Assembly (NCBI GenBank): GCA_029260265.1
Contig: JAJDDO010000023.1
Span: 8,418 to 40,417, forward strand
Direction of reading: 5' to 3'
Length of the DNA: 32,000 nt
DNA from: Phycisphaerales bacterium
GTDB lineage: Bacteria > Planctomycetota > Phycisphaerae > Phycisphaerales > UBA1924
A program made the translations under genes and the position numbers. Positions 14,479 through 22,430 of this stretch are shown here, piece after piece. Positions within the stretch are counted from its first letter, which is position 1. Each line of letters begins with the position of its first letter. A model generated the notes under the pieces. The model was not told the origin of the DNA. It did no database searches and saw nothing but the letters and a program-made list of their open reading frames with translations.

Positions 14479-15081
14479 ATGAGATGTAGTACATGTGGGG
14501 CTTCAGGATCCGGGCGGTTTTGTTCATCGTGTGGTGGCGCTCTTTCCGCCCCATCGGGGTGTGCTGCGTGCGGGCAGGCACTCTCGCCTGCCGATACCTT
14601 TTGTGGCTCTTGTGGTCATCGGGTTGAGGGGCAGCAGGTTTCGCGTGGCGCTGTTCACGCGTCGCCGCCTCCGCGGACTGCGCCGCAGCCAATGCCACGC
14701 CATCAATCTCCGGCGCCCGTTCGGCATGTGCAACCGGCGATCGGTGCGACCCGATCATGGACGGTGGTGGTTACGCTGATTGCCGCGATTCTCCATATAC
14801 TCGGTTCGCTCGTGATCGCGCTCGAGTTTGCGCTCTGGATTGTGAATACTGGTGACGACGGGACCAGGATCATGCTCGGCGTCATGGCCGGTTTGTTGGT
14901 GTTGGGAGCCTTGTTCTCGCTGATTTGTGCGATCGGTATCATGTCGGGCAGCAGGTTCGCTTGGGTTTGTGGGATTCTGGCGTGTGTGTTCGGGATCGTT
15001 GCGGCACTCCCGACGATCATCTTGTTTGTGTTCTTGCTGGTGCCGCCAACACGGGCATGGGTGCGTGCCCGCTCTGGCTAA
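14479..15081 (+). CDS. Double zinc-ribbon membrane protein (N-terminal CxxC x4, Pro-rich linker, 3-4 TM helices)
   Basis: 200-aa ORF. It begins MRCSTCGASGSGRFCSSCGG...CAACGQALSPADTFCGSCGH, then a proline-rich spacer, then hydrophobic helices (VVVTLIAAILHILGSLVIALEFALWIV and others). AAAGGGG lies 7 nt upstream of the ATG. Confidence 0.7.
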   Translation: MRCSTCGASGSGRFCSSCGGALSAPSGCAACGQALSPADTFCGSCGHRVEGQQVSRGAVHASPPPRTAPQPMPRHQSPAPVRHVQPAIGATRSWTVVVTLIAAILHILGSLVIALEFALWIVNTGDDGTRIMLGVMAGLLVLGALFSLICAIGIMSGSRFAWVCGILACVFGIVAALPTIILFVFLLVPPTRAWVRARSG

Positions 15082-16097
15082 CGGTCTCGGTACCGGCCAT
15101 TCGCATGAACCGCGATAAAAACACTCCGCCACGGGTGGTCGGGGGCTTGGATCTGATAGATACCAGGCGACTCAAACTGGAGCACATGCTGTTTGCCCGT
15201 GTCGAGTGAGAGCGGGATGATTGTGTGTCCCCCCGGCATTGGTGCCCGCACAAGCACTTTGATTTCAAAGCCATTCGGATTCGAAAGCGTGAGCGAGTCG
15301 GTGATCGCCAGATCACTCCATGTTGGTCTGATCGAGGTTGGACCGATGATGGCGTGATTCGGTTGCGATCGTTGAATCCCAGCATACTGGAAGAGCACAA
15401 ACCAAAGGCATACCAGCGCGTTCCCGACCCAGCCAACCAGCCACGCACGAGCACCGAACGGGCGCCAAGTTCGTAGCCTTTCTGGTCTTTGGCAGAGGAT
15501 TCCAAGGGGGATTCCGTACCAGATATGCCCCGTGTACGCGAGCAGTAGCCCATAAGATGCTTTGCGAATCGCGAATACCTCGCCGAATGGAGAGAGTACG
15601 GCGAGTGTTTCGAGCATCAAACCCCACACAATGGCCCAAGCCCAATGGCGACGAAAAACGACCAGAGCAAAGATCCATCCGAAGGTGATGCCGTTAGAGA
15701 GGTGGTACGCGAATCCCACCAAATCAGTAAAGAGTGTTGAACTCGATGAGCCCGTTGCCCACAAGCCGTACACGCGTATCGGCGAGAGTGTGTTGGTCCC
15801 CGCGATATCAAATGGGATCCGGAACATGTCGTATCCGATTGTGCCGAGAAGCCCGCCGACGAGCCCTGCTTTCAGGCGCAAGAGCAACTCGGCATCTTTC
15901 TCCAATCGTGCCCAAATCCAGCAGAAAATCATCACACAGCTCGCAAGCGGAACGACGAATACCATCCAAGTCAGCATCCTCGGGCCATCAGAGAGATGAC
16001 TCAGCAGCATGGTAATGCTGACGAAACAGCTCAAGAGAAAGAGTGTCTTGCGGATCGCACTGCGAGAAGGCTTCATGAAAGAAGTATAGGTGTGCAT
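15078..16097 (-). CDS. Polytopic membrane protein of unknown function with a C-terminal ~90-aa beta-rich soluble domain
   Basis: The track ORF extends to 16343, but that extension overlaps the divergent gene that starts at 16127. In-frame ATGs at 16097 (MHTYTSF...) and 16076 (MKPSRSAIRK...) precede the first TM helix. There are about 7 hydrophobic helices. The exact start is uncertain. Confidence 0.6.
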   Translation of the reverse strand: MHTYTSFMKPSRSAIRKTLFLLSCFVSITMLLSHLSDGPRMLTWMVFVVPLASCVMIFCWIWARLEKDAELLLRLKAGLVGGLLGTIGYDMFRIPFDIAGTNTLSPIRVYGLWATGSSSSTLFTDLVGFAYHLSNGITFGWIFALVVFRRHWAWAIVWGLMLETLAVLSPFGEVFAIRKASYGLLLAYTGHIWYGIPLGILCQRPERLRTWRPFGARAWLVGWVGNALVCLWFVLFQYAGIQRSQPNHAIIGPTSIRPTWSDLAITDSLTLSNPNGFEIKVLVRAPMPGGHTIIPLSLDTGKQHVLQFESPGIYQIQAPDHPWRSVFIAVHANGRYRDR

Positions 16098-16126
16098 CCA
16101 GGGGGCAATTCCACTATAGTAGATGG

Positions 16127-17290
16127 ATGAATACGGGACCACAGTTCTGCACTCACTGCGGCGCAAGCACTCAGGCGGGCGCTGGATTCTGCACGGCTTG
16201 CGGGTCTCAACTCGGAGGCGCGGTTGCCGCCCAGCCTGCTCATCCTCACCAGCCCCATCTGAGAGCGGTCTATCGCCAAGCAAAGCGTACGAAAGCCAAG
16301 CTGTTTTCCTTCCGTCGTTTCTTCGCTTTTTCCGGTGTTTCACTTCTCGGCATCGGGCTCGCGGACGGATGGAAGGAAACGCTCAATGGTGTTGCTCCAT
16401 TGCACGCGATCCTTGGTGTACCCACTCCGAGCAGCGCCATAGGAGGGAGCATTTCGCTTGCGTTTCACGGGTTTCTGGCTGGAGTCGTGATCGGGCTCAT
16501 CCGATCCCTGTTGTCTGGGCAACTTTTAAAAGTCTTTCAATCGCCGGCCAAGCCAATGATGATGTTTTTCATGTGCGCGATTGTTGCTGTTCTTGCGCCT
16601 GATGCGATGGGTGACGATGGGGGGATTATTGAGCTGGCACGAGGTGCCGCGATTGTGCCAAATCTCACCGTGTTGATCGGGAGTTCTGCAGCCGCGGGCG
16701 CCGGGTTGAGCGCTGGAGTGGGAGTGGTGACGGTTATTGTGAACGGAGCCGTTTCTTCGGTGTCGCGCCCACCGACCGCTCCAAGCTCGGGCAGAACCGG
16801 TAGGGAAACGGGACCAGGAGTGTCAAATCCAGCTCAGAGCCAAAGTCCTCCTGCCCAATCGCCTATAGGCCGAAATGACAACCAAGGAAATGAACAGGAA
16901 GAAGAGGAGCCACCAAACTTCACGCTCGATATTCAGACCGATGGCGGGCGGACCAATATCTTGGCCGATGACCGAGATGAGCTCGGAGTTTCCGCAACCG
17001 TGTTCTGTGACAAGCCAGAAATTGACACAAGCCAGATGGCGGGTTCGATTACCTTTACCGCCGGCGGACCAGCAGTTGATTGGGTCCAACTCGGTCAACG
17101 GATGACGAGCGGGAGCACAGCAATGATTGATGTGAAGGCTAAGCCACCTACGCCAGAGAGCGTGCTTCTTGAATCCGGCGCGATTCTGACTGTTCGACTG
17201 ACGCTCGGGCGGGCGGTTTTTTCTGGTGTTGTGAATCTGACTGTAGAATCGTCTGACTACCACCTTGAGATCGTCTATGACACAGAGTAA
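16127..17290 (+). CDS. Zinc-ribbon / multi-TM / low-complexity linker / C-terminal Ig-like domain protein
   Basis: 387-aa ORF. It begins MNTGPQFCTHCGASTQAGAGFCTACGSQL, followed by several hydrophobic segments. A Q/S/P/E-rich linker follows (SNPAQSQSPPAQSP...NEQEEEEPP). The last ~115 aa look like a beta-sandwich. Confidence 0.7.
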   Translation: MNTGPQFCTHCGASTQAGAGFCTACGSQLGGAVAAQPAHPHQPHLRAVYRQAKRTKAKLFSFRRFFAFSGVSLLGIGLADGWKETLNGVAPLHAILGVPTPSSAIGGSISLAFHGFLAGVVIGLIRSLLSGQLLKVFQSPAKPMMMFFMCAIVAVLAPDAMGDDGGIIELARGAAIVPNLTVLIGSSAAAGAGLSAGVGVVTVIVNGAVSSVSRPPTAPSSGRTGRETGPGVSNPAQSQSPPAQSPIGRNDNQGNEQEEEEPPNFTLDIQTDGGRTNILADDRDELGVSATVFCDKPEIDTSQMAGSITFTAGGPAVDWVQLGQRMTSGSTAMIDVKAKPPTPESVLLESGAILTVRLTLGRAVFSGVVNLTVESSDYHLEIVYDTE

Positions 17291-20200
17291 TCCAGACCGG
17301 GCACCAATGCAATTCCGCATACAGGATGACGGCGGATACGCGCCGCAAAGAATCACGCTGCGCGGATGGAAGGGGAAAGAAGGAACCCGCGAAGAGCCCG
17401 CGAAGTTGAACCGGGCGGAAGTTGAATCCGAGATTCCAGATGTTTTTTCAGCTGTCGATTTCAGCCTGCTCGAGGATGGATCTATCGAAGGGTGGATCGA
17501 ACTCGAGCAGAACTTTGTCATGGCACCGCGGTTCTTTGAAGTGATCAAGGATCCCATTGAAGTGCAGGTGAAGGCATGGATCGAGTCTCCCGACGATGCC
17601 ACAGCGGAACAGCCCGAGATATTGATTAAACAGCAACTCACCGTGAAGATCGAAGATGGATATCAGGTGGTGGTGGATAACCCCGAAGAGGGCTTGCTCG
17701 ATCTTCAGGAGGGGCCAACGGAGATCCCGTTTACACTCAAGATCAGTACACCGAACGCAACACCAGCAGCCAATCTACGGGTGCGGTGTCGTATCTCTGA
17801 AGGAGAGCAGCCGACGCTTCAAGGTGAACTTATGGTCGATGGAGGGACGACGGATGATGCAGGACTCGTATCGATGCAGTATCGAACTCGTGCAAGCGGG
17901 TCAATGCGTGGGGGGGAGGCACCTGGCGTTTCTCTGCAGGTGACACGCGTCAGTGAATCTGCTGATCAAAATGAGATTGAGATCGGGAAAATCACGCTCG
18001 TCGCGGCTCCGCGTGTGACACTCCGAATCGAGAAACCATCGCTAAGCGAAGAGCCCATCAGCGGAGCCGCATTGTCTTACCCGCCAGAGTTGGCCCTTGG
18101 CGGGACATTCCTGCTCAAGCCGAGGGCGGTTATCGAGGTGGAGGGCAAACGGTATGAGAGCGAGAAGGTCATTCGTGATGCGAAGATCTTTGTTGTTGAA
18201 TCGGATACGGATGACCCGCTCGCATGGAGCGAAGAGCATCAAGCATACGAGTTCGTTCTTCGATCTCCGCAAGGCCCAAGCTTGGTGTCCCAGTCAGCGC
18301 CAACACGAGAAGGAGTGATCGGCGAGCCAAAGTCATTCCTCGTAGCGATTGATTCGGGGACTGGGAGCAAGGATCTGAGCGGGGGTGCGATTGGGGCTGC
18401 GCTGGGCGATGTTATGCAAGACTCCAACCGGCTTGTTGGGCGGTATGGACCATTGACGGGACCCGCGGCAGTTGCAGATTTTATTCAAGGGCTCGTCGAT
18501 CGTGCCGCAGAAGCACCCGCTGATACACTCGGAGAAGAGATCAAAGAGTGGCCGCAATGCGCCGCTCGCGCTGCGGAAACATATTCGAGCACAATCAACA
18601 CGGCGGATGCCTTCGAGAGATCGCTCACGCTGCACAAGTATTCGTATGAAATGTTCCTGACCAACTGGATTGGATTTTGCGTCGAGTTGTTCTTTGGATG
18701 GTTCCTCGATGCTGCGGGTTATCTCGCGCGAAGCGGCTCTGAGTTTGCATCAACGGGTGCAGAGAATGTTCGCAAGAGGGTTTCACGCACGGTCGGGGAC
18801 GATGCGGTCGATGGGCTCTCCGCAAGGATCAGAAAGCAGCTTGGCGATGTGCAAGATTTTTTCCGGCGCGAGGTGGATCGGGCGGAGCGAACGATCAATG
18901 AACTGACAAGCAAAATCCAAGATCACCAACGCCAAAGAGTGGACTATGAAGCGGCACGCGAGGCGACGAAAGAAGCCGCGGACGAACTCGCTCAGTTGCA
19001 GCGTGTGTCTGACCCCCTGAAGGAGGCCTTGGAGCAAGGCAAGCAGAGGAAGGGGCGAATCCAGTATATTGAAGATGAGATTGCCCGCCTGGCCGAGGAG
19101 TGGAGGCCGGTCGCCGGTGAACACCTGCGGCTCAAGGATCAGCTCGACCGTGCAAGGCAGAGTCTTTCGGAATATTCTCAGAGTGCAAAGAGAGAGACCC
19201 CCGCGGTCCAGAAGCTCATTGAAGAAGCACAGGCGATTCTCGATGAGGGCGGCCCAAGATTAGAGCGCCTTACGGAGCAAGTGGAGTCCGCCAAGAGAGA
19301 GATCGACGGGCTGACTCGTGAGAGCGAGGAGATCAAAAACAGTCTCGCGACCGATCCACCGCCCTCCGAGCAGGCGGCTGCCGAGGCGATAGAAAAAACA
19401 CGATTGGCCGAGGAGGCGGTGAGATCCAAGGCTCAAGTTGCACATCGGGCTCAGATTCAAGATATCAGGAGCCAAGCTAAGATTGAAGAGCTTGAGCTGC
19501 AGCGAAGCATCGCTCAAATCGAGCGAGATGAGCTGAGCACACTCTACCGCAGGAGCCAAGATTCGTCGAGCGAACTCACCGCAGAGCAAACCAAAGAGTT
19601 GCTCGATGACATGCACAAGAGGCAGACCAAATCCGTTGAGGCCCGCCTCAGGCAGTTCGAGCCGGTGATCGAGCGTCTATCCGGTCAACTCGAAGAACTC
19701 CGATCCAAAATGGTCGAGTTGTTCCATCCTGGTCACAATGTGTTCAAGGATTATTTTACTGCTGTTGAGGAAATTCGCCGCACAAAGCTGCGATTAAGAT
19801 CCGGGGACTCCTTCAGGCTGCCATTAGTATCCGGGCTGCACGGCGAAGCCGGAGAAGACGCGGCCAAGGGCGCGGTCAGCCGAGACGATGCGGCAGAGCA
19901 GCTCGAACAAAGGCTCAAAGAGCTCCAACTTGAAATCCGTAACGCTCAGCAAGGAGCTGCGACTCACACCGGCGGCAAGCTCGTGCCGGAGGACGAGGGG
20001 TATTTTCGGTGGTTCCTTGACAGCGCTGCCTCGGGCGTGTCGATGCTAATTGGGGTGCTTGTCAAAGTGGTGTATTGGACACTGGTTGTTCTTTCGCTTG
20101 GCGGTGTCATGATCCTCTTTGAAGCAGCAAAGGCTATTTTGTCGCGGCTCATGGCGGCAGCCTTTGCAACCTCGTTTATGACAATCCGTTATCTTGCAGA

Positions 20201-20990
20201 TCAGTTTTCCTTCGAGGCCGGCAAGGGGCCGCAGCACAAACATTCAGCCCAGAATCTTGATCGGGTCAAGGGCCGCTTCGCGAATGATCCAATGTTCACA
20301 GGGTTCTTTATGGATCCGCGAACCAATCGGGGTTCGAAGGGCGATCTTTCCCGGGTGTTATTGATCGTTGCTGCGCCAGAGGTGTATTTTCAGGGCAACA
20401 AGGATCGGGACAAAGAGTCGTTGTTCAAACGATTCGGCGGGGCGTACAACGAGTACTACACACGCCAGCGACGCACATTCGAGCTGCTCGTGCAGCGTTT
20501 TGCAGCCGATGCGCTTGACCCCAAGGGCTGGGCGAGGCAGCAATGGCCCACTGTGCAGACCGTGGCTCCAAGCCTCGATGGATTACTCAGTGAAGCACGC
20601 GACTACGAGGGTGATTTTCTGGCGGCAAGGGATGGAAAGTTCACCTCAAGCGCAGCCAGATTGCTTGAAGGCGGCGAGTATACATGGCAGGATATTGATC
20701 AACTGATCGATTGGTTTGTGTGGATCTTTGGCACCATTGTCCGCTTGGGGGCGTTGATCGCTGCGATCGCACTGCTGGCTGGTTCGTTGGGAGCATCCGC
20801 ATTTATTCTGCCGGGAGCGCTCGTGGCGGCTGATATCGTCGAGGTGATCTCAATGTTTGTACGATCCACCTTTATCAGCATACTGGTGCACAACCGGGTA
20901 ATCGGAATACAAGAAGATGTCGTCGTCACAGCGGTGCTCGAACACGAAGAAAGATACGGCCCACAGGGTGGGGGAGCCAGCGATGGATAA
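17277..20990 (+). CDS. Giant membrane-anchored coiled-coil protein (N-terminal Ig-like beta domains, ~380-aa coiled coil, several TM hairpins); no recognised family
   Basis: The track ORF begins at a TTG (17265). The first ATG is at 17277 and overlaps the upstream gene by 14 nt; an alternative ATG lies at 17307. Residue numbers below follow the track ORF.
- aa 1 to about 370 are beta-rich.
- Hydrophobic segments lie at aa 463-487, 923-972 and 1146-1209.
- aa 520 to about 900 show a heptad-like, charged E/R/K/Q/L-rich sequence.
- I saw no NTPase motif. Confidence 0.75.
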   Translation: MTQSNPDRAPMQFRIQDDGGYAPQRITLRGWKGKEGTREEPAKLNRAEVESEIPDVFSAVDFSLLEDGSIEGWIELEQNFVMAPRFFEVIKDPIEVQVKAWIESPDDATAEQPEILIKQQLTVKIEDGYQVVVDNPEEGLLDLQEGPTEIPFTLKISTPNATPAANLRVRCRISEGEQPTLQGELMVDGGTTDDAGLVSMQYRTRASGSMRGGEAPGVSLQVTRVSESADQNEIEIGKITLVAAPRVTLRIEKPSLSEEPISGAALSYPPELALGGTFLLKPRAVIEVEGKRYESEKVIRDAKIFVVESDTDDPLAWSEEHQAYEFVLRSPQGPSLVSQSAPTREGVIGEPKSFLVAIDSGTGSKDLSGGAIGAALGDVMQDSNRLVGRYGPLTGPAAVADFIQGLVDRAAEAPADTLGEEIKEWPQCAARAAETYSSTINTADAFERSLTLHKYSYEMFLTNWIGFCVELFFGWFLDAAGYLARSGSEFASTGAENVRKRVSRTVGDDAVDGLSARIRKQLGDVQDFFRREVDRAERTINELTSKIQDHQRQRVDYEAAREATKEAADELAQLQRVSDPLKEALEQGKQRKGRIQYIEDEIARLAEEWRPVAGEHLRLKDQLDRARQSLSEYSQSAKRETPAVQKLIEEAQAILDEGGPRLERLTEQVESAKREIDGLTRESEEIKNSLATDPPPSEQAAAEAIEKTRLAEEAVRSKAQVAHRAQIQDIRSQAKIEELELQRSIAQIERDELSTLYRRSQDSSSELTAEQTKELLDDMHKRQTKSVEARLRQFEPVIERLSGQLEELRSKMVELFHPGHNVFKDYFTAVEEIRRTKLRLRSGDSFRLPLVSGLHGEAGEDAAKGAVSRDDAAEQLEQRLKELQLEIRNAQQGAATHTGGKLVPEDEGYFRWFLDSAASGVSMLIGVLVKVVYWTLVVLSLGGVMILFEAAKAILSRLMAAAFATSFMTIRYLADQFSFEAGKGPQHKHSAQNLDRVKGRFANDPMFTGFFMDPRTNRGSKGDLSRVLLIVAAPEVYFQGNKDRDKESLFKRFGGAYNEYYTRQRRTFELLVQRFAADALDPKGWARQQWPTVQTVAPSLDGLLSEARDYEGDFLAARDGKFTSSAARLLEGGEYTWQDIDQLIDWFVWIFGTIVRLGALIAAIALLAGSLGASAFILPGALVAADIVEVISMFVRSTFISILVHNRVIGIQEDVVVTAVLEHEERYGPQGGGASDG

Positions 20991-21315
20991 AACACTCTCC
21001 GACATACTTGAGGGCGTAAAGCTTACGGAATCGAGAAACGCGGACCGCCGTAGCGAGCTTGACTCTTGGAGCGACCAGCTGATGCGTCGCGTTGTTGAGC
21101 AGGGCGAACGCCGAATCCGTCGAGAAGCCGCCAAGAAGGCACGCCAAGTCGTCTCAAAGTCATTCGGCACGCCCAAAGTGCAAACTGCTGTTCAGAGTGA
21201 AACAAAATCGAGTACACTCATCCTCCTCCCATTTTGCACCCGCTGCGGGAACCGTTGCAAGGATTCCCACAAGTTCTGCACGAACTGCGGCAAGGAGCGG
21301 CGCAAAAAAGAGTAA
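20983..21315 (+). CDS. Small helical protein with a C-terminal zinc ribbon
   Basis: The ATG at 20983 (MDKTLSDILEG...) overlaps the stop codon of the giant gene by 8 nt. The C-terminus is FCTRCGNRCKDSHKFCTNCGKERRKKE. Confidence 0.6.
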   Translation: MDKTLSDILEGVKLTESRNADRRSELDSWSDQLMRRVVEQGERRIRREAAKKARQVVSKSFGTPKVQTAVQSETKSSTLILLPFCTRCGNRCKDSHKFCTNCGKERRKKE

Positions 21316-21500
21316 GCAACCAGATTTTTCTAGCACCGCCTTGAGAACCGAATCGCTGCTCATGCATTTGCCTTGTGAACAAAGGGTTGTTCTCTGCTCA
21401 GACTTACGCGGAGGCAAAGCTATCGGGTGATGATGTTCTTGGCTCGGTGTGGAGGACAGGGTAACTTCTGATTCCCTCTTGAGATCGAGTAGGCGACAAG

Positions 21501-22424
21501 CTACCCGTTGAGTGGTTTGAAAACGCGGTCCATCCGGCTTGCGATTTCTGAAAGGCGATCCTCGTCGCCGCCACCCACCTCGGCCGTTGCCCAGCCCTTG
21601 TAGCCAATCTCATCGAGCGCCCCGCATACTTTGGCCCAATCTGCATCTCCGTCGCCAATCTTGACACTGAACCCATTCCAGAGCCCTTCGTCATTGCGTT
21701 TCTGGCGGGAGAAATCTTTCACATCAAGCTTGAGGATCCGTTTGCCAAGAGTTCTGATCCATTGATCTGGGTAGCCGTAGTTGACAATGTTGCCGATATC
21801 AAAGTACCAGCCGACGCGGTCCGAGTTGAACTCGTCCACATACCGGGCGGCTTCCATCGGCGAGAGAAGGAAGTTGTTCCAGACATTCTCGAAAGCGATC
21901 GAAACACCGAGCTCTTCTGCGGTCGGAACATGCCGAGCAATCTCTTCAACTGATCGGTCGTAGGCTTGGGCGTAGCCCATTGTTCCATTGACGACAGCGG
22001 GCACAACGAGTACCGAAGTCCCCCCAAGGGCTTTGCAGTCATGGATTGCAGTGTTGAGCGATTCGCCTGCTTCCTTTCGGACCTGGGCATCGGGGTGATT
22101 GAACGGCTTGCTCCAATGGGATGAGAGCACAACGCCGTGGATATCGAGCCCGGTTGCTTGCTTTGCAGCGAGTGCTTCGTCGAGATTCCATCCGGCGGGT
22201 GAGTCCAACTCTACGCCATCGAACCCGCATGACTTGGCAATCGCGAACTTCTCAAGCATGGTGTTCTTGGTTTGGATCATGCCAAACTTGAGCGCCATAT
22301 GGATGGGCTGCTCTGAGCGATTGCTATTGCCAAACGAGCTTGCGATGCCGGGCATCGCTGCCATGCCAGCAGAAACAATCGCGGCCTTTTCTATGAACTC
22401 TCTTCTATTCATATCACTCATCAT
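21501..22424 (-). CDS. Tat-exported sugar phosphate isomerase/epimerase family protein (xylose-isomerase-like TIM barrel)
   Basis: 307-aa ORF with the twin-arginine signal MMSDMNRREFIEKAAIVSAGMAA. TIM-barrel family motifs include GFDGVEL, AFENVWN and WYFDIGN. It starts 6 nt after the upstream gene's stop codon, with GAGG overlapping that stop. Confidence 0.85.
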   Translation of the reverse strand: MMSDMNRREFIEKAAIVSAGMAAMPGIASSFGNSNRSEQPIHMALKFGMIQTKNTMLEKFAIAKSCGFDGVELDSPAGWNLDEALAAKQATGLDIHGVVLSSHWSKPFNHPDAQVRKEAGESLNTAIHDCKALGGTSVLVVPAVVNGTMGYAQAYDRSVEEIARHVPTAEELGVSIAFENVWNNFLLSPMEAARYVDEFNSDRVGWYFDIGNIVNYGYPDQWIRTLGKRILKLDVKDFSRQKRNDEGLWNGFSVKIGDGDADWAKVCGALDEIGYKGWATAEVGGGDEDRLSEIASRMDRVFKPLNG

Positions 22425-22430
22425 CGAACC

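Noticed and set aside
16098-16343. N-terminal extension of the minus-strand membrane-protein ORF (track start 16343)
   Set aside because: It would overlap the zinc-ribbon start of the divergent gene at 16127. The extension is Arg- and Pro-rich low-complexity sequence. In-frame ATGs at 16097 and 16076 sit directly before the first TM helix.
17265-17276. TTG start given by the ORF track for the giant coiled-coil gene
   Set aside because: An ATG follows four codons later, at 17277, and gives a shorter overlap with the upstream gene. Neither candidate has a clear Shine-Dalgarno, so the exact start stays open; 17307 is also possible.
16823-17641. 272-aa minus-strand ORF, plus similar long antisense or off-frame ORFs (2318-2950, 4228-4641, 4642-5085, 15017-15553, 29017-29778, 29415-29951, 31064-31627 and others)
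   Set aside because: Each lies entirely inside, or antisense to, an ORF with clear family motifs. Their compositions are skewed towards Arg, Ser, Pro and Cys, as is typical of shadow frames in GC-rich coding DNA.
17277-20990. Reading the 1237-aa coiled-coil protein as a phage tape-measure protein or an SMC/dynamin-like NTPase
   Set aside because: There are no neighbouring phage structural genes, and I found no Walker A or GTPase motif anywhere in the protein. The N-terminal Ig-like domains and the multiple TM hairpins do not fit those families.
21377-21392. GAACAA-aggg-TTGTTC hairpin between the convergent genes that end at 21315 and 21501
   Set aside because: The stem is only 6 bp and AT-rich, and no U-tract lies on either strand. 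That is too weak to call a terminator.
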